From a virus, in IMG/VR virus record IMGVR_UViG_3300027970_000001, positions 32,001-96,000 of that record: a stretch of 64,000 bases of DNA. The stretch is one strand, 5' to 3'. A program made the translations under genes and the position numbers. Position 1 is the stretch's first letter. Every line of letters starts with the position of its first letter. Under the pieces are notes generated by a model. That model did no database searches, had not been told where the DNA came from, and saw only the letters and a program-made list of their open reading frames with translations. This document shows positions 9,290 to 18,440 of this stretch, one piece after another.

Positions 9290-9857
9290 GGGCGACGCCG
9301 GCCGCTGACAGGCCGATGACCAGCGGAAGAGGCATCGAACCCTGCGGCCGAGGCGCCCTGTTGGTCAGGACGGACGTCGCGATGGCCTCTCCCCAGGGAC
9401 GCCCGCCTTCGCCAGGAAGGTGAGCCCGGTACGAGTCCCTCGGGATGGTGAGCGGCGTGGTTGGATAGGCGTCGATCCACTTGTCGCCGAATACGGACCG
9501 ATTGGTTTCGCGAATGGAAGCGCCACGGCTCTGTAGCGGCTCTTCTGGGTACCTGGGCGGCCCGCTCATCCAGACCGTCTTGCCGCTGGCGGCGTCCTTC
9601 ATGCGGCGCAGCGCGTCGGGAAGACGCCCGCCCGAGTCGTTGCTGCCGAAGATGAGGATGACGGCGTCCGGCGCGAAGGAGCGCAGGGCCCCCGTGTACT
9701 CCGACCAGAGCGAGTCGGTCGTCGTGTAGTCGATGGCTCCCTTGCCCTGGTGGGCGATGCGCTGAACCTGGTGCCCTGCCGACTCCAGCTTGCGCTGGGC
9801 GTACTGGCCAGGGGTGCCCTGCGACTGACTGTCGCCGACGATGAGGTACTTCGCCAT
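9228..9857 (-). CDS. SGNH/GDSL hydrolase with C-terminal membrane anchor
   Basis: IVGDS, FGSND and D.YRAH blocks; C-terminal hydrophobic helix then SKPKARAR. Confidence 0.8.
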   Translation of the reverse strand: MAKYLIVGDSQSQGTPGQYAQRKLESAGHQVQRIAHQGKGAIDYTTTDSLWSEYTGALRSFAPDAVILIFGSNDSGGRLPDALRRMKDAASGKTVWMSGPPRYPEEPLQSRGASIRETNRSVFGDKWIDAYPTTPLTIPRDSYRAHLPGEGGRPWGEAIATSVLTNRAPRPQGSMPLPLVIGLSAAGVALIVGVAWFASKPKARARLGV

Positions 9858-9859
9858 GC

Positions 9860-10084
9860 TCAGATCATCTTTCCGCTCAGCCGCAGCCCGCGCTCGTGGG
9901 CCCACGCTTCGATCACATTTTGAGCGCACTTGAAGCGCTCCCTTTGAACCGAGCCGTCTGCCATCTCTGCGATGTAGGCCGGCTTCATGACCCCACCATC
10001 GAGCCGGACGCTCTGGATGATGCGGGCCATGACCCGACCGGAGGCGTCCGTGTACCGCACCATCTCACGTGCCGAAGCGCCCAT
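9860..10084 (-). CDS. Hypothetical protein
   Basis: Fills the gap in a co-directional gene run. Confidence 0.45.
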   Translation of the reverse strand: MGASAREMVRYTDASGRVMARIIQSVRLDGGVMKPAYIAEMADGSVQRERFKCAQNVIEAWAHERGLRLSGKMI

Positions 10085-10087
10085 CTG

Positions 10088-11005
10088 TCACCGTCCTCGC
10101 TTGCTCGTGCGCCGACGCGAGGACTTTCTCCTGCTGGTGCGGCGGTTGGGCGTGATCTTCCAGGTCTTCTCCAGGCTCGCAACCTCGGACCCTTGGCTCA
10201 GCTTCATGCCCATGCTGCGGGGCAGGTCCGTGTAGGCCGACTGAGGGGACTCCTCATCGGCCTTGTACGAATAGTCCACCATCTCAACTCGGACGCCCTC
10301 TTCGGCTGCCTTCTCCAGGAGGAATCCGACAGCGTCCTCGAAGAGCCTGGCCTGCCACGGTTCAACCTTGTCCATCAGGTCGAGCATCTCCTGAGGGTCG
10401 ACGCCGTGCGCTCGAAGCTGCTGCGACATGAACGGGTCGACGGCGTTCTTCCTGACGCCCGTCACGTCCGACTGGACCTCCTCGACGAGCCACACGCCGT
10501 CGCCCTTGTCGCACCATCGGATCCAACCGACGCAGTAAAGCGGGCTCTGCTCCGACGGGTGACCGGAGTTGTCTGAGGCGCGACTGATTGCGTCCAGCAA
10601 GCGCGCCTGGCGATCGTTCAGGTCAAGCTGGTTGTAACGGACGCACAGCTTCAGCACGCGATTGGGCTCGTCGCATAGCTTGCCCTTTGCTGTCAGGGCT
10701 CGGAGGCGCTCCTTCACCCACTCGACGTTCGGCGCGTGGGGGTAGAGCCGAGGGTACTTGCGAAGACCCTCAAGGGCAGAGTCGACGGTGTACTCGTCCT
10801 CGACGACGGTCCATTCGACGGGCGACTGGTACGCCTCGCGCAGCTTGTCGAGAACCTCGTCGCTGAAGTCCCTACCGCCGGTCTGCCCCTTGAGCACCTC
10901 GAAGGCTTCGGGATACATGCGCTTGAAGTCTCGTGCGCCACGGGGTGTCCCGGGCTTACGGAACTTCAACATCGCTGACGTTTTGCGACCTAGTGACCTT
11001 GCCAT
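10088..11005 (-). CDS. EEVQSD-motif (polyvalent-protein-type) domain protein with Arg/Ser tail
   Basis: GWIRW...WLVEEVQSD; ends ITPNRRTSRRKSSRRRTSKRGR; paralogous to the C-half of 58848-60497. Confidence 0.6.
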   Translation of the reverse strand: MARSLGRKTSAMLKFRKPGTPRGARDFKRMYPEAFEVLKGQTGGRDFSDEVLDKLREAYQSPVEWTVVEDEYTVDSALEGLRKYPRLYPHAPNVEWVKERLRALTAKGKLCDEPNRVLKLCVRYNQLDLNDRQARLLDAISRASDNSGHPSEQSPLYCVGWIRWCDKGDGVWLVEEVQSDVTGVRKNAVDPFMSQQLRAHGVDPQEMLDLMDKVEPWQARLFEDAVGFLLEKAAEEGVRVEMVDYSYKADEESPQSAYTDLPRSMGMKLSQGSEVASLEKTWKITPNRRTSRRKSSRRRTSKRGR

Positions 11006-11016
11006 GGTTGCCCCGC

Positions 11017-11463
11017 TTACCGGATGGTGATGTCCTGCCATGTGATCTTGGAGCCGTCCCCGTTTGACCAATGGGTGCTCACCGTCTTTGCGACGGCGTC
11101 GAGATACGCCTTGGTCGGACCGTAGGGGCTCTTGCTCGTCGCGACGTAGGCGATGGCGTCCGCCTTCTCACCGTTCGCCAGCGTCACCTTCATCTTGACG
11201 CGCTTGTAGTTGCCAGACGCGATGCCCTCGAACTTGTCCATCATGGCCAAGTCGTCCTTGGTCACGGGCGCTACAAGGCCGTATGCGACGCCGCCGGGCT
11301 TCTTCACCAGCGTGGCCACGCCACCGCCCCATCGCTGCGAGTAGCCGACGAAGGCGCGGACGTAGCCGTTGACGAAGGCACCGACGGTATCGACGTCGTG
11401 TCCTAGTCGCTCAGCCATCTGTTTGGGATGGTTCGATCCGTAGCTGAAAAGCAGGGTGGTCAT
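11017..11463 (-). CDS. Gamma-glutamylcyclotransferase (AIG2-like) family protein
   Basis: LFSYGSN and MDKFEG...YKRV motifs. Confidence 0.85.
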   Translation of the reverse strand: MTTLLFSYGSNHPKQMAERLGHDVDTVGAFVNGYVRAFVGYSQRWGGGVATLVKKPGGVAYGLVAPVTKDDLAMMDKFEGIASGNYKRVKMKVTLANGEKADAIAYVATSKSPYGPTKAYLDAVAKTVSTHWSNGDGSKITWQDITIR

Positions 11464-11469
11464 GGCTGT

Positions 11470-12963
11470 CTACTGGGCGAGCCGCTTGGGACGGACGGGC
11501 TTGCCGCCGCATCCAATGCACTGGATGTCGAGCTTACCGTACTCGATAGGATCTCCAAAGATCAGCTCGGCAATAACGTCGGCGCGACGCTCGACGCCAT
11601 CTGGAAGCTTTTGACCAAACAGCTTTTCCAGGTGCTTCTTGCCGTACCTGAAGTCAACCGCGTGCCCGAACTCGTGGCGCATCAGGCCGCGGATGTAGGC
11701 CACGGGCTGGCCTTCAATCTTCGCTGCGAACGCGATGACGATCGGATCACCGTCCATGCAGTACCCGAACTGCCGCTCGGACCCGGTCCCGTTGTCCGCT
11801 GCGGCCTTCTCGTCGTGATGCAGCTCGCAGGTGCCAAAGTCCCCGAACGCCTGCTCCACCACGTCAAAGCACTCGTCGAAGATCTTGGTCGACTTCGGTA
11901 GCGCCGTGCCCGGGTTGCTGGCCATCTCCACGCTGATGGGCAACGCCCCGCCGCTCTGGCTGCCGTGTCCAAAATCGAACATGACCGCGCGTCCGTCAAG
12001 CGCGACCCCCATGTTGCGAAGGTGAACATCGCGAACCACGAATCCCTTGTCGGAGAGCTTCCTCAGGCCAGCGAAAATGTCAGCCATGTACCGCTCCCCC
12101 ACCTTGCTGTGGCGACCTTCCTTGAGCCGGACCGTGTAAAGGTCGTCAAGCTCCTCGGCTGTCATGGGCTGGGAGCTGTGCTCGATGGCCGTGAAGTCCG
12201 CCTCCTCTCGGAAGTTTCTGCAAATTTGAGCGATGGTCTCCCGAATCAGCTTGTTGTTGAGCTTCTCAGACGGCGGCATGGACGGTTCCGGTATGCTCGG
12301 GTGCTTCTTGTCGAACGGGTCAACAAACTCGGTGACGATTGCGTAGAGCGACCGGATCGAGTCCCCGTGCATGCTGCCCGGGAACTCTTCCCTGACAACT
12401 GTGCCGGGCAGCTTCCAGACCTCAAACACTTCGACAAGACCAGGCGACCTTCCCATCCGGCGAACAGCCTCGGCTGCCAAGCCATCATCCCGGTCGTCGG
12501 TCACCTTGAGGACGCGCCCGTCATCCAGCCGGAACGCATGAGCGTAAGCCCCCGCCCCGATGGTTCGCTTCTCAAGCTCGTCTGCTGTCACGCGCTTGAG
12601 CCCGATGCGCCTGGTGAAGTTGGGCACCTCGCGCAGCCGGTCGACCACATCGTCGAGGAACGGGCGGTTGGGCGTGAGGCCGGCTGCCGCGTACATCTGC
12701 TGAGGTCCGAGCGACACGATCTTGGGGTTTGGAGCGAGCCCCGCCTTCGCGCGCTCCTCCATCTTCATGAGGCGCGCGTAGTAGTCGGGGAACTCGCGCA
12801 GATGGTCCAGGGCAATCCGGCCAGCCTGCATCAGGTCGGACGTGTGCTCCTGCTCGGTCTCAACGCCGAGGCGGAACTCGCCCAAGTCGAACCCCGCCCC
12901 GACCTGTCCGAGAGACGCAAGGATGCGCCTTGCCTGATCAAGTCCAACAGACTGCTTGCCCAT
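11470..12963 (-). CDS. Multidomain protein: DUF5661-like + kinase-like + HExxH zincin
   Basis: GVETEQEH..IALDHLREFPDYY; IGAGAY..VLKVT..RDVHLRN..FDFG; MRHEFGHAVD. Confidence 0.75.
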   Translation of the reverse strand: MGKQSVGLDQARRILASLGQVGAGFDLGEFRLGVETEQEHTSDLMQAGRIALDHLREFPDYYARLMKMEERAKAGLAPNPKIVSLGPQQMYAAAGLTPNRPFLDDVVDRLREVPNFTRRIGLKRVTADELEKRTIGAGAYAHAFRLDDGRVLKVTDDRDDGLAAEAVRRMGRSPGLVEVFEVWKLPGTVVREEFPGSMHGDSIRSLYAIVTEFVDPFDKKHPSIPEPSMPPSEKLNNKLIRETIAQICRNFREEADFTAIEHSSQPMTAEELDDLYTVRLKEGRHSKVGERYMADIFAGLRKLSDKGFVVRDVHLRNMGVALDGRAVMFDFGHGSQSGGALPISVEMASNPGTALPKSTKIFDECFDVVEQAFGDFGTCELHHDEKAAADNGTGSERQFGYCMDGDPIVIAFAAKIEGQPVAYIRGLMRHEFGHAVDFRYGKKHLEKLFGQKLPDGVERRADVIAELIFGDPIEYGKLDIQCIGCGGKPVRPKRLAQ

Positions 12964-12982
12964 GTGGCCGCAGCCTAACACG

Positions 12983-13801
12983 TCACGTGCGGGTGATCAG
13001 CTCTCCGCTGTCGAGGAACGTCACGCCGAGCCCCGGGTTCAGGTCGTAGATGCCGCACTGGTTCAGCATGGTGATGCCGATGTCCGACGAAAGCTGAAGG
13101 TCGAGGAAGGCCGCATCAATCCGGGTCTCCAGGTGCAGCTTCATCACCATTTCTCCCCAGTTCTCGGGCTTCCATCCGGCCGACTGGAGCTTCTCCACCG
13201 TGCCGCGGATGTCATCAAGGAAAGACGGGCTGTCGGGCGGAATCTCGTCGTCTGCCACGCTGCCGACCGGCACCAGGCCCGACTGCCCCATGCCAGGAAG
13301 CTCGATGTCGTCATCTTCTGGCTCGACGCGGGGCTGCACGGGCGCCGGCTTTGCGGGTCGGGCCACCGCAGGCTCGTCTGAGCCGGCGGACACGCCCATG
13401 TCGTCCCCGTACGCCACGACGGCTTCCTTGATGGTCTGCGGCCGAAACTCCATCGGCTCCCCGTCCATCCATGCGTGAACGAGCAGGACGTCCGAGACTT
13501 CGTGCGGGAGCTTCTCGATGAAGCTCTCTTCGGCGGCCACCAAGGGCGTGTCCTTGCCCCCGTACACCTCGAACAAGACCCGGTTGGGAGGCAGGGATGC
13601 GATGCCAGCCGCTTCGGCGATCTTGGCCGCCGCGAACCCCTGCCGCTGACCCTCGTGATGAATGAGGGCCTCGATCTTTCCAAGGTTCCTGAATGCGTCA
13701 GCCGCCAGGCCGGGCGGGAGGTGACGAGAGATTCGCAAGAGCATCTCTGCTCGCAGCGCAAGGTAGAGTCGCTCGTCTTGGACGGTTCGGAACCGGATCA
13801 T
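12983..13801 (-). CDS. Hypothetical protein
   Basis: Long ORF in a co-directional run. Confidence 0.6.
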   Translation of the reverse strand: MIRFRTVQDERLYLALRAEMLLRISRHLPPGLAADAFRNLGKIEALIHHEGQRQGFAAAKIAEAAGIASLPPNRVLFEVYGGKDTPLVAAEESFIEKLPHEVSDVLLVHAWMDGEPMEFRPQTIKEAVVAYGDDMGVSAGSDEPAVARPAKPAPVQPRVEPEDDDIELPGMGQSGLVPVGSVADDEIPPDSPSFLDDIRGTVEKLQSAGWKPENWGEMVMKLHLETRIDAAFLDLQLSSDIGITMLNQCGIYDLNPGLGVTFLDSGELITRT

Positions 13802-14032
13802 TCATTCGTCTCCGTGATCAAACTCCTCGCCGAATGGCTCATCGAAATCAGTCGCGTCTTCAGACGAGGCTGTTTCGCGGGCGGCGATTTCCATTAGCTG
13901 AGGCACCAGCCTCGCAAGCCAGGCATCCACCGATCGCTCGGACCCGTCGTCCACGTCCGCCTCTGATGCCGCCTCTTCGAGGTTCTCGTGCAGCCACTCG
14001 AAGAAGCCCTCTTTGTCCATCCTGATCGCCAT
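13802..14032 (-). CDS. Small acidic hypothetical protein
   Basis: TGATG coupling with the upstream ORF. Confidence 0.55.
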   Translation of the reverse strand: MAIRMDKEGFFEWLHENLEEAASEADVDDGSERSVDAWLARLVPQLMEIAARETASSEDATDFDEPFGEEFDHGDE

Positions 14033-14451
14033 CAGTTCATCTCCGCCTGTTCTTTCGCTTCGGCGAAGGCGACGTCATGAAGACCGGTCACCACGCACGA
14101 CACGACGGTTTTCATCATGTCCTCGTCTTCCAAGGAATGGAAGATGCGGCCGGTGTTGAAGTCGAACCAGATGATGTGATCGTAGACGATGGTCGAGCCA
14201 TCCGCGCGCTCCACCTCTTCGCTGACCTTTGGCTGCGGGGTGGCCTTCATCTCGTAGACGCCCCAGACGAGCAGAGTGGCAAGCAGGTTTGGCGGCACGC
14301 CCTGGCCGCCCCCGAAGACCATGGTGTAGCTCATGTCGTCGTCCTCGGTGATGAAGCAGTAGATTTTGAGCCCATGCTCCAGCATGCTCCCCCGAATCTT
14401 GCGAATGGCCTCTCGCCGCTCCTGCTCCGCATCCTTGAGTACGCCGCTCAT
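14032..14451 (-). CDS. Hypothetical protein
   Basis: TATTAT -10 box 7 nt before ATG; coupled to the next ORF. Confidence 0.6.
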   Translation of the reverse strand: MSGVLKDAEQERREAIRKIRGSMLEHGLKIYCFITEDDDMSYTMVFGGGQGVPPNLLATLLVWGVYEMKATPQPKVSEEVERADGSTIVYDHIIWFDFNTGRIFHSLEDEDMMKTVVSCVVTGLHDVAFAEAKEQAEMN

Positions 14452-14458
14452 GGTGCCG

Positions 14459-14506
14459 ATAATATGTCGCCGACCCCTTTCCGCAACCCCTTCTGACTGC
14501 TAGTAT
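14459..14506. promoter_or_regulatory. Divergent leaderless promoters
   Basis: Minus-strand TATTAT (14459-14464) 7 nt before ATG 14451; plus-strand TGc-TAGTAT (14501-14506) 8 nt before ATG 14515. Confidence 0.55.
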
Positions 14507-14514
14507 GCCAGACC

Positions 14515-15276
14515 ATGATGCCGTACGTTTCGACCATCACTCCCCTGGACCTACGTGGCATGGGGCTCGGCACCGAGGCGGCGCGCCCCACCGACGAGGA
14601 AATCGCCCGAGGTCGCCTGGACGCTCAGATTTCCCGCGAGTCCGGCGTGCCGGTGCCGTCGCTGCGAGCGATCCGATCCGTAGAGAGCGGCGGCAACCCG
14701 GCGGCGGTGCGATTCGAGACGCGGGTCTTCAGGAACCGAACCGGCCAGACCGTTGAAGGACACGACCGCGCGGCGTTCCAACGCGCGTATGCGATCAATC
14801 CCCTGGAAGCCGTCAACTCGACGTCTTGGGGATGGTTCCAGGTGATGGGGTTCCACGGCTTCCCCGAGATGTTCGGCGGCCCTGGGCAGGCCGTCCGCGC
14901 GTTCGACGCAAACCCCGAAGAGGTCGGGATGCGCCTGTTTAAGCGGTGGATGGACAGTCCACGCCACGCCGCAGCCAAGCTCGCCGCGCGTACGCTCAAC
15001 TTCGCTCAGTTCGCCAGGTTCTACAACGGATGCGGCGACTCGTGCGAACGATACGCGAGCCGCATGCAGCAGAACTACGACCGCGCGTTGCCTGAGTGGC
15101 GACGGGTGGAACCGTACGTCGGCGGCGGTGGCACGCCACAGGTGTGGCCGAAGTGGTCCTATTGGGCCATCGCTGGCGGCAGCGTCGCTGGGGCCTTGGG
15201 ACTCGTCGGCGGCGCGGCTTACCTGCTGCGCCCGAAGAAGAAGCGCCCCGTCTCGGCTAACAGGAGGCTGCGGTGA
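14515..15276 (+). CDS. N-acetylmuramidase (DUF3380-like) with C-terminal membrane anchor
   Basis: AIRSVESGG, VRFE and STSWGWFQVMGF motifs; C-terminal helix then PKKKRPVSANRRLR. Confidence 0.85.
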   Translation: MMPYVSTITPLDLRGMGLGTEAARPTDEEIARGRLDAQISRESGVPVPSLRAIRSVESGGNPAAVRFETRVFRNRTGQTVEGHDRAAFQRAYAINPLEAVNSTSWGWFQVMGFHGFPEMFGGPGQAVRAFDANPEEVGMRLFKRWMDSPRHAAAKLAARTLNFAQFARFYNGCGDSCERYASRMQQNYDRALPEWRRVEPYVGGGGTPQVWPKWSYWAIAGGSVAGALGLVGGAAYLLRPKKKRPVSANRRLR

Positions 15277-15626
15277 TTCCGAAGGACAAGCAGATCTACG
15301 TCCTTGTCTTCGCTCTCGTGATGGTGGCGTTCATCGCCTTCGTCGCCGGCAAGGGCTGCGCGCCGACGCCGGTCGACACCCTGCCGACGCAGGGGATAGA
15401 CGCTGGCCCCGGAGAGAGTCAGATAGCCCAAAACCTCGACGCGTCGATTCAGCAAGGCAACGAGCAGCTTGTCGCCATTGAGCACAAGTTTGACGACGAC
15501 ATGGCGGCTTTCAGCGACGCGCAGCGAGCCGAGTACGAACGGCTCCGGCAGGGCAATGTCGCCGCCACGGCCCGGTACCTCTTGGACTGGAACCGCCGCC
15601 GCCAGCAGATCGCAGACGATCTATGA
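15273..15626 (+). CDS. Membrane-anchored protein (inner-spanin-like)
   Basis: N-terminal TM ending AGKGC followed by a helical region; GTGA overlap. Confidence 0.4.
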   Translation: MIPKDKQIYVLVFALVMVAFIAFVAGKGCAPTPVDTLPTQGIDAGPGESQIAQNLDASIQQGNEQLVAIEHKFDDDMAAFSDAQRAEYERLRQGNVAATARYLLDWNRRRQQIADDL

Positions 15627-16105
15627 TCAAGCTGAAGCTCACCTTCTGGTCGACGTGGCTCTGGGCCTCCGCCGCGTTCGCTCAGGTTGCGCCCTCAGAT
15701 CGGCTCCCAGCACCTGAAGAGCCCATGGTGCTCCAGATGCCCGCCTTCTCTGCCATCCGAAGAGGACAGGCCAGTCCTGTCGATGCTTTGCTCGTCGATC
15801 CCGAAGTGATGGTTCGCATCACCATGGACTACGACAGACTCGCGTTCAGACTCGTCCGAGAACGCTCGGCGGCTGAGGACAGATGTACCGTTCGGCTCGA
15901 TATCGAGAGGGCTCACACTCGGGCCGCAGAGGAACGTGTTGCGCTTCATGACAATCTCTGGGAGGGGCGGCAGCGTGAGCTGAATCAGCGTGTCGAGCAA
16001 GAGCGAAGCGCCGCCGTCCGACAGTGGTACGAGAACCCCGGCTTGTGGGCCGGATTCGGAGCAATCGCAGCGAGCGCGGTCGCTATCCTCGTTTCGCAGC
16101 TCTGA
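15623..16105 (+). CDS. Signal-peptide + C-terminal TM protein (spanin-like partner)
   Basis: N-terminal signal (WASAAFA), coiled coil, C-terminal hydrophobic helix. Confidence 0.4.
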   Translation: MIKLKLTFWSTWLWASAAFAQVAPSDRLPAPEEPMVLQMPAFSAIRRGQASPVDALLVDPEVMVRITMDYDRLAFRLVRERSAAEDRCTVRLDIERAHTRAAEERVALHDNLWEGRQRELNQRVEQERSAAVRQWYENPGLWAGFGAIAASAVAILVSQL

Positions 16106-16119
16106 CAAGAGGCCAGCCA

Positions 16120-17316
16120 GTGCTTACGCCCAACGCCCTACGCAAGCGCATCGAATACGTCGCCAAGCAGTTCCCCTCGGTGCTGTACGAGACGGCTTAC
16201 GTCACAGCTCACACCGTCGGTGCAGACCGCGATGCCATTGAGAAGGACCGCAACAGCGGCGTCGACTTCACCGCTCGGTTTAGCGAAACCGCACATCAGA
16301 ACGAAGCGCTGGTACCTTGGGTCGCTAAAGAACTCAACGCAGCCATGCGCGAGGTGAGGAAGGGGAGGCTCGGCGAGCGAGAGTTCGTTGACTTGGTCAA
16401 CCTGCTTGAAGCCAAGCTGCCGAACATCGCCGCGTGGGCCGAAGCGACCAAGCCGGACCTCACCAAGCTCACCGCAGCCGAGGCGATCACCTCCGCTGCC
16501 AAGTTCGAGCCCGACGACGCCGCGCCCGTGCCGCAGGGGAAGGTCATCTACAGGTTCGCAGACGGCTGGACCGTTCAGGAGCTGACCACCAAAGGGCAGA
16601 TCTTCGCCGAGGGCATAGGCGTTCAGAACTGCTTGAGGGAAACCCAGTACGGCCCTGAATACTTGGAAAGGTCTGAGAACGGAGAGATTCGCATCTTCAG
16701 CCTGCGCACTCCCGCCGGTTCCCCGCGCGTCTCAATGGAGTTCGTTATCGATCCATGCAGAGATGGCGGCGGGCGCTTCCATCAGATCTTTGCAAAGCAG
16801 AACACCAGCCTCAACGCTACTTTGGAGCAGGTGCTAAAGGCAGGATACGACGAAGCCCTCTGGCGCAGTATCCAGCGGTACAAGCCCCGCATCGCGGAGT
16901 TCATCACAGAGAAGTTCGCGTCAGACCCGGATGGGTTGATCATGGCAGGGGCCCCGTTGCCCGCTGGCCTGACAAGCGTGGGAGGGGGCCTCTTTCTGCG
17001 CGGCTACAACCACCCCCTGCCTGCTGGCCTGACAAGCGTGGGAGGGAGCCTCGACCTGACGGACTACAACCACCCCCTGCCTGCTGGCCTGACAAGCGTG
17101 GGAGGGAGCCTCGACCTGCGCGGCTACAACGACCTGCGCGGCTACAACCACCCCCTGCCTGCTGGCCTGACAAGCGTGGGAGGGGGCCTCTTTCTGCGCG
17201 GCTACAGCTACCCTCTGCCTGCTGGCCTGACAAGCGTGGGAGGGAGCCTCGACCTGCGCGACTACAGCTACCCCCTGCCTGCTGGCCTTAAGGCCTCTGG
17301 CCGCGTCGTATCATAG
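16120..17316 (+). CDS. PcfJ-like domain protein with C-terminal 20-aa leucine-rich repeats
   Basis: GWTVQEL..AEGIGVQNC..IFSLRTPAGSPRVSME; LPAGLTSVGGxLxLxxYxxP repeats; GTG start MLTPNAL. Confidence 0.7.
   Translation: MLTPNALRKRIEYVAKQFPSVLYETAYVTAHTVGADRDAIEKDRNSGVDFTARFSETAHQNEALVPWVAKELNAAMREVRKGRLGEREFVDLVNLLEAKLPNIAAWAEATKPDLTKLTAAEAITSAAKFEPDDAAPVPQGKVIYRFADGWTVQELTTKGQIFAEGIGVQNCLRETQYGPEYLERSENGEIRIFSLRTPAGSPRVSMEFVIDPCRDGGGRFHQIFAKQNTSLNATLEQVLKAGYDEALWRSIQRYKPRIAEFITEKFASDPDGLIMAGAPLPAGLTSVGGGLFLRGYNHPLPAGLTSVGGSLDLTDYNHPLPAGLTSVGGSLDLRGYNDLRGYNHPLPAGLTSVGGGLFLRGYSYPLPAGLTSVGGSLDLRDYSYPLPAGLKASGRVVS
16957..17292 (+). repeat. Tandem 60-bp coding repeat (5 units + partial; 18-bp duplication in unit 3)
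   Basis: Units start 16957, 17017, 17077, 17155, 17215, 17275; GACCTGCGCGGCTACAAC is duplicated at 17113-17148. Confidence 0.95.
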
Positions 17317-17361
17317 GCGAACCTCGGCGCATGAAGACCAGCCGCAGGTAGCGACAGCAGA

Positions 17362-18417
17362 TCAGTCCCGCTCTGCCTCATCCGTCGCGATGAGGCTCGC
17401 CAGGTTCCGCACGTCGGCCAGCTTGCCCTCAAGAGAAGGCGCGGGGCCCATCAGCTTGCCGAGGTAGATGGCCGTTGTGTTCGGGTTGGCGTGGCCGAGG
17501 AACGCCTGGATGTCCTGAAGGCGGGCACCGGCCTTGTTCAGGTCGCGCGCTGCCATGTGCCGAAGCCCGTGGACCTTCAACGGCTTCCACTCAACCCCTG
17601 CCGCTTTTGCGCGCCTCTTCAAGATGACCTGAGCCATCCTCGGTGAGAGCGGACAGTCGGGCGTCTCACCCATCATCCTTGCGTTTGGGTCGATGCGGGT
17701 GAACACCCCCTGCTCGGGCCTGAGCGTCGAAAGCCTGCCGCTCGCGACCCAGTACGCCTTGAGCGCCGAGTAGCAGATGTCAGGCAGCTCGAACGTCTGA
17801 AGCTTGTTTCCCTTGGTCTTCACCGTGTATGAGCGAGGCTTTGCACCCAGGGCCAGGTCTCTGACGCGCATGCCCGCTACCTCCATCTTTCGTCGCCCCG
17901 TAAAGGCGTAGAAGAGGAGAAGCGCGCGGTCCCGCATGCCCCTCGGGTCCATCGGGATCGAATCAAGAATCGTCTTAAAGGTCTGCCACTCAACCGGAAC
18001 TGACCTGGCGTACGGAGTCGGGCGCACGTCGCTCCGCGATACCGGCCTGAAGGGGTTGCTCTTCACAAGCCCCTCGCCCGTGGCGTCGGACGGCTGCATC
18101 AGAAAATCGAACAGCGCCGTCATCACATCGAGCCTGTGGGCGACCGTGGCGTCGCTCTTGCCGAACTCGATCAACCGGCTTTTGAAGGCCGCGGCGTGCA
18201 TGGTCGTGACCTGGTCCGGGGAGAGCCCGCGTGGCCACATGCCGAAAAACTGCCTCACGGCGTTTCGGTAGGTGCGCCTTGTGTTTTCACCCTTTGAAGA
18301 CAGCCACCCGGCAATCGCCATGGCGTACTTCATTCCCTTTTCATGGTCGCCCGCCCCCAGCCTGTAGGCGACCTCGGTCTGGGCTTCGTCACGATCAACG
18401 ATCAATGATGCAGTCAT
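17362..18417 (-). CDS. Tyrosine recombinase (XerC/D-integrase family)
   Basis: RDRALL..TGRRKMEV (R), KTKGNK (K), VHGLRH (HxxR), LGHANPNTTAIY (H, Y). Confidence 0.93.
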   Translation of the reverse strand: MTASLIVDRDEAQTEVAYRLGAGDHEKGMKYAMAIAGWLSSKGENTRRTYRNAVRQFFGMWPRGLSPDQVTTMHAAAFKSRLIEFGKSDATVAHRLDVMTALFDFLMQPSDATGEGLVKSNPFRPVSRSDVRPTPYARSVPVEWQTFKTILDSIPMDPRGMRDRALLLFYAFTGRRKMEVAGMRVRDLALGAKPRSYTVKTKGNKLQTFELPDICYSALKAYWVASGRLSTLRPEQGVFTRIDPNARMMGETPDCPLSPRMAQVILKRRAKAAGVEWKPLKVHGLRHMAARDLNKAGARLQDIQAFLGHANPNTTAIYLGKLMGPAPSLEGKLADVRNLASLIATDEAERD

Positions 18418-18440
18418 CGTGTCCCGTCAGTAGATGGATG

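Noticed and set aside
16957-17292. 60-bp repeats as a CRISPR array or DGR template/variable pair
   Set aside because: There are no unique spacers, the period is a multiple of three inside an ORF, variation is not adenine-specific, and no cas or reverse transcriptase gene is in the window.
17362-18417. Recombinase as evidence of a prophage boundary or integron
   Set aside because: No host genes flank it, and no attC-like repeats or att duplication were seen. Phage-like genes continue on both sides.
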